DNA from: the human T2T-CHM13v2.0 reference genome, Homo sapiens | Assembly: GCF_009914755.1 (NCBI RefSeq) | Contig: NC_060934.1 | DNA: 64,000 nucleotides | Reading direction: 5' to 3' (one strand) | Translations under genes and position numbers: made by a program | In this document: positions 1 through 16,698 of the stretch, piece after piece | Layout of the letters: the number at the start of each line of letters is the position of its first letter | How positions within the stretch are numbered: the first letter of the stretch is position 1 | The notes under the pieces: generated by a model | The model's input: only the letters and a program-made list of their open reading frames with translations | Database searches by the model: none | What the model was told of the DNA's origin: nothing

Positions 1-494
1 GTTAAGAGGATCTTTGAGATAAACCCTTAATCTCTTGAGAGAACCCTTTGTGTGAGTGAATACTCTAATCTTTTGATCTTTCTGAGATATTAGTAAAAGG
101 TTGTCTACTCACACCTTTTTTTCTCTAGATCACTCTGTCCAATGTTAGCATCTTTCATCCTCTAGAGAGACCGAGAATTTTCAAAATCATCAAGTCCTGG
201 TTACTTTTTGTTGAACAGTTTTCCCCTCAATTTATCTCTCTCATCTTACATTTTATTATAAGCAGCAAGAAAAAACTTAGGCCTCACTTTCAACACATGG
301 ATTGGGTCATCACTTACAAGTTGTGCTTTCTACGAGACTACAGGAGACCATTTCACTAAGCTTTTTGCCACTAAATAACAAGTGTCTCCCTCCAGTGGCC
401 AATAACATGTTCCAGGTCTAGATTTCTGCTCTCAGTCTGTTCAGGGCAATTTATGCATTTTTTATCATGCTTCTCAAAATTCTTCCAACCTGTA

Positions 495-2670
495 TCAATG
501 AATAGTCAAAAAGGAAATTAAGAAATGAATTCATTTACAATAGTATCAAGAAGAATAAAATAAATAAATGTAACCAAGGAAGTACAAGACTTCCACACTG
601 AAAACTATGTAATATTATAGAAAGAAATTAGAGGAGACCTAATGAAATGGAAAGACATCCCATGTTTACGGAGTTGAAGGCTTAATATTGTTAAGATGTT
701 AACACTCCCCAAATAGATCTACAGTTTCAGTACAATCCCTATCAAAATTCCAGCTGCCTTTTTTTGTAGAAATGGGCAAGCTGATCCTGAAGTTCACATG
801 GAAATGTGAGAGGCCTTGAATAGTCAAAACAATATTTCTAAAGAATAAAGTTAGAGGATTCACACTTCCTGATTTAAAAAGTTACTACAAAACTGCAGTA
901 ATCAAAACTGGTTGTGTGAAACTGGCATAAGGACAGACAAATAGATCAATGGAATAGAATCAAAAGTTCAGAAATACACCCACACATATGTGGCCAATTA
1001 GTTTTCAAGGGTGCCAAGATCATTCAATGGGAGAAGAATAGTCTCTTTAACAGATGATACTGGAACAACTGTATATTCACCTGTAAAAGAATGAAGTTGG
1101 ATCCTGACTTCATACCATATACAAAAATCAACTCACAATGGATCAAGGACCTAAATTTGAGAGCCAAAATCATAAAACTCTCAGAAGAAAACAAAGGAGT
1201 AACTCTTCATGACCTTGGATTTGACATTACATTCTTTAGATATGACACCAAAAGCATGAGCAGCAAAAGAAAAAATAATTTGGACTTCATCAAAATGTAA
1301 AACTTTGTGCTATAAAAGACATTATCAAGGAAGCGAAAGACAACCTGTGAAATGGGAGAAAATATTTAGAAATCATATAACTGATAAGCATCTAGTATCC
1401 AGGGTAAAGAACTATAACTCAATAATAAAAGCTCAAACAACCCAATTTTAAAATGGGCAAATAATTTGGATAGATATTTCTCCAAAGAAGATACACCAAT
1501 GGTCAATAAGCACATGAAAGACGCTGTACATCGTTAGTCATTAGGGAAGTGCAAATAAAAACCACAACGAGATACCACCTCATGCCCACTAGGATGGCTA
1601 TGTGTATATATATTTTTAATTACATTTTATTTCTTAAAAGAAAAATAACAAGTGTTAGTAAAGATACAGAGAAATTGGAACCCTCATACATGGCAGTGGA
1701 AATATAAAATGCTGCAGCTATTGTGGAAACAATTTGGCAGCTCCTCAGAATGTTAAACACAAAATTGTCAAAAGACCAAGAAAATTCCACTCCTAGGTAT
1801 ATAAAAAAGAGAACTGAAAACATATATCCATACAAAAACTTGAACATGAATGCTCATAGCAGCATTATTCATAATAGCTGGAAACAACCCAAATGTCCAT
1901 CAGCTGATGAATGAACAAAATTGGGTTTATCCATGTGTTGTGGGATGAATTGTTTCCCCCCTAAAATTCATATGTTGAAACCCTAACCCCCAAAGTGACT
2001 GTATTTGGAGACAGGCTTTTAGGGAGGTAATTCAGGTTCTGAGGTAATAAGAGTGGGCTCCTAATCCAATAGGGCTGGTGTCCTTGTAAGAAGAGGAAGG
2101 GACAGCGGAGATCTCTTTCTATTTACACGTGGAGAAAAGGCCATGTGAGGACAGAGAAAGAAGGTGGCCACCGGAAAGCCAGGACAGCACCTTGATCTTG
2201 GACTTCTGGCCTCCAGAACTGTGAGAAAATAAATGTCCATTGTGTAATCCACCCAATCAGTGCTATTTTGTTATGGCAGCCCTAGCAGACTAGTACACCA
2301 TGCAATGGAATATTATTCAGCCACAAAGAGGAATTAAGTACTGATACATGTTACAACATGGATGAACCTTGAAAATATGCTAAATGAAAGAAGCCAATCA
2401 CAAAGCACCATGTATATGGTATGATTCCATTCATATGAAATGTCCAGAATAGGCAGAGCCATAGAGACAGAGTTTAGTGGTTGCTGGGGGATGGATGAAG
2501 AGGGAAATTGAGAGGTACCATGTTTCTTTTCGGAGTGATAGAAATTTTTTGAAATTACATAGTGGTAATGATTGCACAACATTGTGACTATATTAGAAAC
2601 CACTGAACTGCATACTTTAAAATGGTTAAAATGATGAATTTTATGTTATATGAATCTTATTTTTAAAAAA
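495..2670 (+). mobile_element. Old L1M (L1MB-like) ORF2 3' end and 3'UTR, interrupted by MLT1A
   Basis: ORF2-like peptides (KLDP..PYTKINSQWIKDLN; WKQPKCPS) and L1 3'UTR motifs. Confidence 0.85.
1936..2297 (+). mobile_element. MLT1A-type MaLR solo LTR
   Basis: TG...CA termini, 5-bp TSD CCATG on both sides. Confidence 0.8.
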
Positions 2671-2689
2671 ATTTTTAAAATTCTTTCAG

Positions 2690-4200
2690 CCTGAAAAATG
2701 TCCATTAATATTTCTTGTATGTGGGTCTGCTAGTGATTAACTGTTTCTTTTGTAGATATGAAAATTCCTTTATTTTGCTTTCATTTTTGCAAGATAATTT
2801 TATGAACTATGTGAATAGTTTGCCTTCTAGTACTTTTAAAATGCTGTCCATTTCTTCTCGCTTGCATTGTTTCTGAAAAGAAATTTGTTGTCATCCTTAT
2901 CTTTGTTCCTTGGTGCATGTATTTTTTTTTCCTGGCTGCTAAGATTTTCTCTTTATCACTGGTTTTGAACAATTTGACTATGATGTGCCTTAATGTAGTT
3001 TTCCCCATGTTTCTTCTGCCTGGAGTTTGTTTAACTTCATAGATTTGTAGGTTTGTTTTCATTGTTTGGAAAGCTTTCAGCCATTATTTCTTCAGATTTT
3101 TTTTTCTGTCCCCCATCATCCGTCAGGACTTTGGTCACTCATAAATTAGTCCATTTGATCATTGATCCCTCAGGTAACTCATGCTTTAAAAAAATTTTTT
3201 TTGTATTCTTTTTTTTCTGTGTGTATTTCATTCTGGGCAATTGCTATTGTTATGCCATCAGTGTTCATTATCTTTTCTTCTACAACGTTGAATCTGCTCA
3301 TTTAGTGTATTTCATGTGAGATATTGTCATTTTCATCTCAAAGTATGATTTGAGAGAGACATATATATTTTCCATGTCTCTATTTGATATTTTGAAAATG
3401 TGGAATAATTTGAATATCTGTGTTAATTCTAGGTTGGTTTCAGTTGATACTTCCTTCATTATGGCTTGTATTTTCCTGCCTGGTGATCTTTGATTAGATT
3501 TCATACATTGTGCATTTTACCTTACTAAGGGATGAATTTCTTTTTATTACTGCATATTTTCTTGAGCTTTGTTCTGAAATGCAATTAAGTTACTTGCAAA
3601 CAGTTTGATCCATTCTGGTCTTTCTTTTATGATTTGTTAGGTCTGGAGCAATGTTCAGTCTAGAGCTAATTATTACCCACCTATGGAGGCAAGATCTTAT
3701 TCTGCCCAGTGCTCCATGAATTGAGTTTTTCTGGTCTGGAGAGTGGGAACAGGCAGTATTCCTTGTTCCACGTGAGCAGCAAGTACTGTTCCCTTCTTTC
3801 ACTTTTTTTTTTCCTAGCCTCAGGTGGCTTCTTCTCATATGTGCACTGATAGTACATTTTGAATGCTCAAATGATGCCCCACCCTCTGCAGATATCATGG
3901 GTTCTCTTCCTATTTCTCTTCTTTAAGATACTCTGTTCTATGAATCCGAGCTGCCTTGGTCTCTGGACTCTCAACTCAGGGAGTCCACCAGGCTGTGCCT
4001 CAGTTCCCACTCTTTATGCCATATCTTGGAAACTTTTTCAAGGCAATTGCAGGTCCAGTCTCATTTGTTTATCATCTCAGGGTTTACTGACTTTCATTAT
4101 CTGATATACAGTGGTCTTGAAAGCCATTGTTTCATTGTTTTAGGAGAGTAAACCCAGTTCATGTTACTCCATCTTGGCTGGAAGCAGAAGTCCAACATTT
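2690..4200 (-). mobile_element. Old L1M 5'/ORF1 region
   Basis: ORF 2781..3062 resembles L1 ORF1p (RHIIVKL.KT.DKEKIL.AAR.K; IR.T..F.SETMQARR). Confidence 0.75.
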
Positions 4201-5851
4201 TTAAACTTTTTATTGAATCACAGCTTGCCAAGAGTAAAAGGGAAAAAAAAGTTTTTATTGAAGTGTAATATACACATAGAAAATTACAAAGTAAATTTAC
4301 ATCAAGTAAGCTTGAGGATTTTTTGTCTCTACAAAAAGTAAAAATAATTAGCCAGGGCGTGGTGGTGCATGCCTGTAGTCCTAGCTACTCAGGGGACTAA
4401 AGCAGGAGGATCCCTTAATCCCAGGAGTTTGAGACTGCAGTGAGCTATGACTGTGCTAATATACTTCAGCCTGGATGACCGTGCAAGACCCTGTCTCTAA
4501 AAAGAAAAACAGTATGCTTTTATGACCAGCACCCAGATCAAGAATATTGCCAGTACTCCAGAAGCCTTTCTCATGCTTTCTTTCAGTCAGCTACTTAATC
4601 CGTACCCCCACAAGAGTAACCCCATCCTGACTTCCAACAGCACAGATTAATTTTGCCTGTTTTAAAATTTTGTAAGAATGGATTCATATAGTATATACCC
4701 TTATGCATCTGGCTTCTTTTATTCAATATTATATTTGTTAAATTCAGTTATGTTTTGCTCGCAACAAGTTTATTCCCATTGCTTATAGTGTTCCATTGTA
4801 TGACTATATCACACCCTACTGTTGATGGATATGTGGGTGGTTTGTCTAGAATATAATACTATTATGAATATTTTTGTATATGTCTTTTGATGAACTTAAG
4901 TACTAGACGCATAAGGGTAGAATTGCTAGGTCAGAGGATATGCTATTCTAACTTCAGTGGATATGGCCAAAAAAATTTTCAAAGTGGTTATACCTACTTA
5001 CAGCCTCTCCAGTATTGTGTGAGAGTTCCAGTTGCTCCACATTTGCCACACTTGATGTGTGGTCTTTGTGGGTTTGTTTTATTTTTAAGCCACTATGTTG
5101 TATGTGTGTTAGGTTTTTTTTTTTTTTAAGCTTGTATTAGAGAATAGGACTAGCACTCTCTTTAAAATGAACTAGTTTATATTATATGAGGTTAATTTTT
5201 TTGAGACACAGGACAGGTGGTAATTAAAAGTCCAGAGTCATACCCAGACTCCCATAATAATAAACCCTGGTAATAAACAAAGGAACTCCTTCCAGTTTCA
5301 GTGTATCAACCACCACGTACCAGATAAAATCTTATTTCACCTTTCACAATTTACCAGTGTTGGGCTGTGAATTAATATTTTTATTTTTCTGTGCATTCAT
5401 AAATTAAGATTATTTTATTGTATTGTAACTGTAATTTTGAGACTAAAGTCTAAAAACAAGACATCATGAAATGGAGCTGGAGGATCTCTAATTGGCATTT
5501 AGTAGGTTGACTGAAATACCTTAAAACAGGGGTCAGGAAACAACTGTCTATGCAGAGGCTGGTGGTAAAGATTTCAGTCTTTGACAACCATCCAGTCTCT
5601 GTTGCAACTACTCAACTCTGCCCTTGTAGCATGAAAGCAGCCATAAATAAGATGTAAATGAATGAGCTTGGCTGTGTACACTAGTACATACTCAGTACAT
5701 ATGTTCACCAAAAGATAGGTGCAAGAATGTTCATAAATAACTAGAAAACATACATCAGAAACTACCCACATGTCCATCAACAGTAGAATGTGATATATTC
5801 ATACAATGGAATACTATACCACTATGAGAATAAACAAATGATTATTACAAC

Positions 5852-6221
<370 letters not shown>

Positions 6222-6285
6222 TGAACTAGATAGAGGTAAGGGTTGCACAACATCATGAATGTAACTAATGCTGCTGAATTGTATA

Positions 6286-7444
6286 CAGTCCTGTGTGGCA
6301 TAATGACACTTTGGTCAATGTTGGACCACATATATGATGGTCTCATAAGATTATAATGGAGCTGAAAAACTCCTATCACCTAATGCCATTGTAGTTGTCG
6401 TAAAGTCAAAGCACAACTCATTACTGATGTGTTTGTGGTGATGCTGGTATAAACAAACCTACTGCACTGCCAGTCATATAAAAATACAGCATAAACAATT
6501 ATGTACAGTACATATACTTCATAATAAACGATTATGTTACTGGTTTATGTATATACTATATTTTTATCATTAGAGTGTTCTCCTACCATGTCTTTTAAAG
6601 TTAACTGTAAAATAGCCTCAGGTAGGTCCTTCAGGAGGTATTCCAGAAGAAGGCATTGTTACCACAGGAGATGACAGCTCCATGTGTGTTACACAACCTT
6701 TGAAGACCTTCCGGTGGGACAGGAAGTGTAGGTGGAAAACAGTGATATTGATGATCCTCATCCTATGTAGGCCTAGGCTAATGTGTGTGTTTGTGTCTTA
6801 GATTTTAACAAAAAGATTAAACAGTAAAAATTAATTAAAAAATAGGCAAACCTCATAGAATAAGGAAATAAAGAAAAAATATTTTTGTACAGTTGTACAG
6901 TGTTTGTGCCTTAAGCTGTTATTTCAAAAGGATCAAAAAGTTAAAAAAATAAAAAATTTATAAAGTCAAAAAGTATAACTAAGGGTAATTTTTTGAAGAA
7001 ATTTTTAAAAATGTAGTGTAACCTAAATGTACAGTGTTTATAGACAGTCCAGTAATGACCTAGGCCTTCACATTCACTCACCACTCACTCAGTGACTCAC
7101 TCAGAGCAACTTTCATTCCTGTAAGCTCCATTCATGATAAGTACCCTATACAAGGTACCTGTACCATTTTTATCTTTTGTACCATAATTTTATTGTACCT
7201 TTCCTATGTTCAGGCTTGTTTAAATATACAAATGCTAACCATTGTGTTATAGTTGCCCCCAGTATTCAGTACAGTAACATGCTGTACAGGCCTGTGCCTA
7301 GGAGCAACAGGCTGTACCATTTAGCTAAGGTGTGTAATAGGCTGTATCACCTAGGTTTGTGTAAATACACTCAGACTTCACACAACAGAATCACCTAATA
7401 ATGCCATTCTCAGAAGGTATCCCTGTTGTTAAGTAACATGAGTG
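6286..7444 (+). mobile_element. Tigger3b-like DNA transposon
   Basis: Degenerate terminal inverted repeats flanked by TA; Tigger3 internal motifs. Confidence 0.8.
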
Positions 7445-7604
7445 TAAAATGGTAAGTCATGTGTATTTTACCACAATAATTTTTTTTTTTTTTTTTTAAG
7501 TAGCAGGCCAGATTTGACCCATGGGCTATAGTTTGCCAACCCTGCTCTACAATGTGATCCCCATGAGAAGCAGTGGCATATAATGATTAAAAGTACAGAC
7601 TTTG

Positions 7605-7952
<348 letters not shown>

Positions 7953-8416
7953 TTAGATTCTTGGCTAGTTGCTTAACTTCTTTGAGCCTCAGTTTATCTA
8001 TAAAATGAGTATAAATACTAATATCTATTTCATAGTATTGTTTAAGAAATAAACCAGTTACATGAAAGTATATAGAGTAGTTCCTGTAATATTTAAGAGC
8101 TCAATAAATGTTAGCTATTGTCATTACTTTTTATTATAATACCTGGAAGTACAGAAAGAGAACACTTGCAGTTTTGGCTTTGTCATGGACCAGTTGGTTC
8201 ATTGTTGTTAGAACAAACTGACAGGTGCTGGTACAAACCTATCTCTATTATTAGAGCAACTTTCCCAACCTCTATGTGAAGAGAAAAGCCAAACTGCATG
8301 CAGGTTTGCAGTATATGCAGTAGGGCTACATGGTCTGTGAACTGTAACCTCAAAGTATATAAAACTCTGGTGAAATGTAATCACCTATTTATAACTTGTT
8401 TTTATAATGATTTTAA

Positions 8417-8794
<378 letters not shown>

Positions 8795-8997
8795 TAGTCA
8801 TATTTTCTATTTCTGCTTTTGTTTTACATTCTACATCTGTCAATTCCAATTTCTGAAGTCCTTGCTGATCCGACTATGCTGTTTCTGCCTGCTCTTTTTC
8901 AAGATGCCTTGTTTCTTCGTGGATGTGATTCTTAAAAGTGATTTCTAATCTCATAACTTTACCTGTGGGAATTGAGGTCTGGATTAATGAAGGTTTC

Positions 8998-9205
8998 CCT
9001 AGAGCTATACTGTCCAATAGAGTAGGCACCAGCCACGTTTGGCCATAAGTTAAAATTAAATTTAAAATTCAGCTCCTCACTCCCTAGCCACATTCTGAGT
9101 GCTCTATAGCTATAGGAGGGTGGTGGCTACTACCACACTGGACAGCACAGTTGTAAAATATTTCTGTCAACTCCAAAGGTATGTAGGACAACTGTGCCCT
9201 AGAGA
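8998..9205. mobile_element. MER3-like hAT-Charlie element
   Basis: ctgtccaatag...tggacagcac motifs. Confidence 0.6.
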
Positions 9206-9439
9206 TCTTTTTCTCTTTCTGCCAGGTACCAGTAGGCATCATCAGCCTGGGAAACCACTTTCAACTAGTCTTGGTTTGAGGGGTTTTTTTGAACCATGCA
9301 GGTGGCATAAAATTGTACTGCAAAGATAAGTGAAGCCTTGTTTGAGATTATGAATTCTCAGGAGAGATCTTTTTTCACAATACTGTTGCTGTGGGCCAGA
9401 AGATTATCCATGGATAATATATCCTGTTCCTTTGCCCAG

Positions 9440-9564
9440 ATGATGAGAGTAATGTTGCAGTTACCAGACCCGATTCAGAAAGTTCCTGTGTGCTGAGTGA
9501 ACTACATCCTTTGGTGTTACCGCGAGTGCCACAGTCTAAGGTGCTGTACATTACCTCAAATCCG
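9440..9564 (+). CDS. FAM149B1: FAM149B1 internal coding exon ([42 protein letters not shown])
   Basis: cccag acceptor, CCG/gtaagc donor, open frame, ends phase 0 into the next exon. Confidence 0.88.
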
Positions 9565-9932
9565 GTAAGCCCCAGAGGGATCAGTTGGAGACCCCAGGGC
9601 TACTCTCACCAGAGGAAATTTGCTCAGAGTTGTTTGCCTTACTTGTATGATTTCTGACTCAATATGTTTTAGTACAGTTATGTGTTTATCATAATAATCC
9701 AGTGACTCTTCGCATTGGTTTGTTTAAAATATTAATAGCAAATTAGAGTTGATAAATATTTCTCAGTCAGCTCTTCTAAGGAGGCATCTGTAAGTTGTGC
9801 AACCTAGAATCAACCATGTGGTCAGCCTAAGTCTGTTTTGGGAAGAATGGAGGATACCCTTATGATAAAAATGACTCATCTTAGATTCTCTATGGCCTTG
9901 ACATTGTCCTTTGAACGCCTCCTTCCTTTTGA

Positions 9933-10390
<458 letters not shown>

Positions 10391-10716
10391 CTGTTTTTGT
10401 TTTTTAATATTTAAATCTGTTAACTTTTTTGCCTTTTGGATGTTTAGTACTCATAAACCAGGTATAAAAATCAAACAAAAACAAAGAGAAAAGCTATTTC
10501 AAGTGAGTCTGAACAAGCACAAAGATGGTATTTCTTGCAGGAGGCAGATGAGATTGGTCTTATCCCTGTGTAATGATTTATGTAGTCTCAGTTCCTACAC
10601 AATAGTTTCCTGGTGTTACTTTTAAGGTGGAAAAAAAAAACCAGAGAAAGGTGTTGGCATATTGGCCAGATGTTATACAGCTGGATTTACAAAACAGGTA
10701 TTTAAAAAGAAAATTA

Positions 10717-10989
<273 letters not shown>

Positions 10990-11801
10990 TCACCACACCA
11001 GGGATGAACCAGGTAAATTAATGTTCCTTTTGTGGTAGTAAAGCACTGCTGCATGTTGAACTGGTGTGGCCGTGGTTTAGTGACCTAAGCCCTGAATAGT
11101 TAGACGTTCTGGTCGCTGATGACCTAAGAAAGGAGAAGAGTTAATTCAAACATTCTGAAGAGAAAGAGGAAGGAAAATACATTCTGTGGCAGCGGAGACT
11201 GCCAGAAAAGCCAATGAGCTGATGACCTGAGAAAACAAGCAGGGCTCTAGGGGGGCAATGCCAGTCCAAGAAACATTACATCCTGCTAAAATTAGAACAG
11301 ATAAGCTTACCTCCTAGTACAGAGTCTTCAGGATTTAGGTTATCATTGAGGGCTGACCTGCTCCACAGGTAGTGAAAGAGAAGGATTAGTTTGTACAGAG
11401 TGCAGGATTGTGTGATGATGAAAGAGATTAAGTTACAGTTTCCCCTTACTATTTTCTATTATTGTTCCATATTTTGTCTGTGAGTTTTCTCTTCTATTTT
11501 AATGTAAACAATAATAATAAAGGTCCTCACTCCCTGTAAGAGGGCTGTTAATTGTTTTCATCCAGATTGATCAGGCTTCCCCTACCTGCTGTCATTTAGG
11601 AATGGAGAGGAAAGGAGGGACCCTATCACATGGACAGTTGACTTGGGGCCCCAGCTACGGGCCCCAAGATGTTATAAAAATTAAAGCATGGGGAAAAAGT
11701 ATAAATAACCAAATTGGAAATATTAACTTTTGGCAAAGTTGGAAAACCAAACAGGTATCTTCTCCAACCGATCAAGAGTACTGTCTTCTTTCAACACGTA
11801 G

Positions 11802-11906
<105 letters not shown>

Positions 11907-11959
11907 TAAGAAGTTCAACATTTTCAGACTATACAGTGTAAAAGGGAAACAGAGGGAAA

Positions 11960-13350
11960 GCAAAATCAGTTTATCAGTATGCATGTATTGAGTGCCAACC
12001 AAGCAACCACAAAAACTCCTGGGGAGTAAAACATCCAAGGGACATGGTCTCCACCATCAGGGGGCTGATAATGTAACTGGAAAGAGAAGACATACGTGGG
12101 TAAAAAAAGACCTAACCATATGTGGCATTTTTGTAACTGAGTGCCATGTGCGTGCTGTCCAGAATGAGTGCTATGACAGCCCCAAAGCATTCTGGTGGGT
12201 AAGTGTAGGTTTTGAACTTGTCCTTGAAAGATGGGGCTTTGGATAAGCAAAGGAGAGCAGCAAGGGCATTCTAGGTAGGAGGAATGATATGGGGAAAGGT
12301 TTGGGGATAAGAAAATACAAAATATTTAGGAAAGATAGCAGATCACTTTTGACATAGAAGAACGGAAAATAGGTCAGAACTTTAATGCTTCTGATCAAAG
12401 ATAATTGACAATCTTCTAGAATTAAAATAGACCATGGTGTGATTAGCGGGAAAGAAGTGACTATGGAACTAATGAATGTTAGGACCAGATTGTGGAGAGT
12501 TTTGAGTGTCAGGTTTTTGGGATTCATCCACGTTGTTGTGTATGACCTCCTCCCTTGCTGAGGAGTATTCTATTGTAATACACACAATTTATCCATCTGC
12601 TCTCCTGTTAATTAATTAACAAGGGTCATTTCCAGGTTAGAGGTATTACACATAATAAAGTTACTCTAAATATTCTTGTATAGGTCTTTTTTGTGGTTTT
12701 ACGGTCTCATTTCTCTTGAGTTGATACCTAGAAATGAAAGGGTCATAGCACAGGTATATGTTTAGTTTCATAGGAAACTGCCATACGATTTCCCAAAGGA
12801 GTTGTACCATTTTACACTCCTTCCAGCAATGTATGAATTTTGGTTTGGGAGCACATATATTTAAATCAGGAATCTGAAAGATCGATTTCACCATAGTGTA
12901 AATGGATGGAGTGGAAGGAACTGAAGGTAAGGGGTCAATGCAGGAGTCCACGCATGAGCTACTAAGGGTCTGCACTCAAGCGGCCACACAGGGTGAGAAA
13001 CGAATGAGCTATTTTGGGAGTGAAATTTAAGTGAAATTCTATAGAAATAGAGGAATCAAAGTTATCTCGATTTCAAGCTTGAGGGAAGCCTCTGTTGGCG
13101 GAAAAGATGGGTTTCTTCTGGGGTGTGTTTACAGTGAGGGGCCATCTCACTGGCAATGTGGAAGAGGTCGGATCTAGAGACCAATCTAAAAGTCACCTGG
13201 CTAGAGAAGACAATCAAATCCAGAAGTTCATAGAACAAAATAAAGGTGAACATAGGGCAGCTAAAGCCTAAACATTTTGTAATTAGAAAGCAGTTAGGGT
13301 GTGTTAAAAAAAAAAAAAAGGCATAAGTGAATTGCTAGAGAGGCAGGAAG
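11960..13350 (-). mobile_element. L2 fragments with nested L1M (about 12520-12840)
   Basis: L2 3'-end-like tattgagtgcc motif; L1 3'UTR motifs. Confidence 0.55.
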
Positions 13351-14318
13351 ACCAGAACAGTCTCCAGGTTTAGCCCTGTTCCTTGATGGGCAGCATCCCT
13401 TCAAAGTCCTCCAAGCACGGTGCCATGTTTTGCACTAGAGGACACCAAAGTGGCCTGAAAGGTTGAGGAACTTGCTGAAAGCTATAGGAGCAAATGGCAG
13501 AGCTTAGCTGCGTTATTCTTTCACTTCTCTTCCATTTAATTGTGCGGATACTCTTAGATGTCTTAAAATAGTCAAATGTCCTCTCACTTGCTTTAAAAGA
13601 AAAAAAAATACACACCTGAATCTGTAGGGCAGTATTTAAGCTACTGAACTGTTTAGGTGTGGTATTATTTTATTTATTGGACGACTTACAGAAAAGGGTT
13701 GTATTTCAGTTATTTATGCAAATAGGGCTACTGTGGTCCCAACAGCTCTGGCTCTGGGCAGCACAAGACCCTTTGCCCACTCCCAGCTTTCCAAAGAACC
13801 CAAACCCAAATCCCTGCCAGCTCCAACTTGCTCAGCACTTTAATTGCTACAGTGGGAGCCACACTGGTGCCACAACTGCTCCCAAGCAGCAATATTTGTC
13901 TTTCAGTTGTCTTTCTGGTGACAATCTTTCAGCACAAAAGAATGCCTCAAACAGAGTAGGAATCAGCCCCTGTGGCAAATTTTTGGGAAGCACTTTGGAG
14001 TAGGTGTCCTTCAGGCTTGCCTTCACTGGTGACTAAAAAAGTGACTGTGATGGCAGGTGGATAATGGACTTGCTTTGCCAAATGTCCATTCTAGTAAATT
14101 ATGTTTATGATTGAAATAATGTCCCACTTTTAAGAACAGATTCTCATGCCTGAGCTAGAGTACCATCTGGAAACTAGTGTTACTTATTGAAAGGTTTTTA
14201 TTTTTGCTTTATTTCCCCCTAAATGTAGTTTCTAGTCTAAGGCTTTTTACCCCGTTAGTCTTGTCTTCCTTGACATACTGATCTTTACTTCATTGTGGGT
14301 TTCTGATTTGGCTACTAG

Positions 14319-14543
14319 AGATCTTGATGACAAGCTACTTATGAGGCCTGGGTCCAGTACCATCCTTTCAACTCGAAATTGGCCAAATCGAGCTGTGGAG
14401 TTTAGTACATCATCTCTGTCATACACAGTGCAGTCCACCAGGAGACGCAATCCACCACCACGAACTCTTCATCCGATCAGCACGAGCCATTCATGTGCTG
14501 AAACACCAAGATCTGTGGAAGAAATCCTCAGAGGAGCCCGAGT
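14319..14543 (+). CDS. FAM149B1: FAM149B1 coding exon ([28 protein letters not shown]...[10 protein letters not shown])
   Basis: Lies in ORF 14293..14547; tag acceptor, gtaggt donor, phase 2/2. Confidence 0.9.
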
Positions 14544-14716
14544 GTAGGTTTCAAAAGCAGAACTTCTGGAAACCGTGGTAAAACTAACACATTTTACATA
14601 CAGAATTAATTTAAATATAAGACTGAAATCTATGCCTAGAAACTAATCATTAAGTAGTCTTATGACAGATTGCCCATGGGTTTAGATCCAACACAAAATT
14701 TTTTAATGTGGTTAAA

Positions 14717-15022
14717 TTTTATTTTATTTTATTTTTTTAGATACAGTCTCACTCCTGTCGCCCAGGCTGGAGTGCAGTGGATGATCATGGCTCACTGCAG
14801 CCTCAACTTCTGGGCTCAAGTGGTTCTCCCACCCCAGCCTCTCAAGTAGCCGGGACCACAGGCGGGTGGTGCCACCATGCCAGGTTAACTTTTTGTGTTT
14901 TTAGTAGAGACAGGGGTCTTGTCATGTTGCCCAGGCTGGTTTCAAATTCCTGAGCTCAAGCAATCTGCCTGCCTCAGTCTCCTAAAGTGCTGAGATTACA
15001 GGTGTGAACCACCGCACCCAGC
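14717..15022 (-). mobile_element. AluJ
   Basis: Alu consensus. Confidence 0.85.
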
Positions 15023-15993
15023 AGGGGTTAAATAATTTTAATGAAATAGATATTGAATCTTTCTGTTGATCTAGCTAAAGAGTTCTATTTGTAAAAATAA
15101 AATGTTGGCTAGAATACTATATTGGGGTTACAAAAGGAATAAAGAACCTATTTATTTAATCAAACATTTTCCGTGCTGGGAACATATTCAGTGAAATTCA
15201 CTCCAAAATAATAGTTAATTCCCCTTTAAGGTTCTTCTGTACCATTGGGATCTGCTTATTCCATTGACAATGAAAACTTCATAAACCTCAGATAAGTAGT
15301 TGCTTACATACCAGCAAAAATATCCCTTAGCACTTCCTAGGAAGTGACACTAAAAGTAATCGCCTTTCCCACCCTTCATTCACTACACACTCTGAGCCTC
15401 ATCATGCAAAAATACCTAGGAGCCAATTTTAAACATAGAATTCTTTTAGCTGTTGATTCACAAAATGTCTTAGGATGATTAATTTCTAAAAATATCCTCA
15501 AAGGTATGAGATAATAAGGCCACAGCAGTGTTTTCAATGCGGCTTCCAAGTTAAGCATTATTATGTGGATGTAGCTATATCTATACCAACAGAGCTATAA
15601 ATGCATTCATTTGGGGATGAGTAGTCTTGATGTATAATTAATCTCTCATTCCTTCTGACAGTACTTTTTTTCAAAGTTGAAAAGTAAGTTGCTTTGTTAC
15701 TTCTGGGACATGAAAGTATCATTCAGTTTCAATTACTGTCTTAAGGATAAGGAATACTGCAAGCTGCTCCAGATCCTACTGAAGGGAATGAAGGTTTAGG
15801 AACTTTACCCGAGAACTATAGTTATTAGGGAAAACGATAACCAGAAGGTCCAGAACTGTCAAGAATTCCATCATCAGCTGGGAATTTACAAATCCAAATC
15901 AGCAGAGAAGTGCAATACCAGATAGGGACAAATGTTTTATTCCAGTTCTGTGGGAGAGAAAAGGCCAGCTTCTGTTGTGTACCCAGAGTATAG

Positions 15994-16365
<372 letters not shown>

Positions 16366-16572
16366 TAATGGGCAGTAATTCTGCAGGATCTGTGCCCTGA
16401 TCTTGATTTATACTGTGTTTTGTCAAAAGTACAAACACAGTGCTAATTTATGACGTGGAATTGGAGCTGTTTGGCCTGCACTTACCATATCTGCCATGGT
16501 CGATAGGGTTTTAACTACATACCACATTACAGATAGTTTTCACTGTTTCTGTAACTTTTGTCTCCTCTGCAG

Positions 16573-16698
16573 AAACCCCATGGCGACTCTAGTCGAGCTC
16601 AAAGTGCGGTGGTGGATGAACCTAACTATCAGCAGCCACAAGAAAGGCTCCTTTTGCCCGACTTTTTCCCCAGGCCCAACACAACTCAATCATTTTTG
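16573..16698 (+). CDS. FAM149B1: FAM149B1 coding exon ([42 protein letters not shown])
   Basis: Pyrimidine tract + cag, gtagag donor, 126 nt, phase 0/0. Confidence 0.88.

Noticed and set aside
5114-5525. Unique segment preceded by poly-T, possible processed pseudogene or 3'UTR copy
   Set aside because: No properly placed poly(A) signal, TSD or recognisable ORF; cannot be supported without a search
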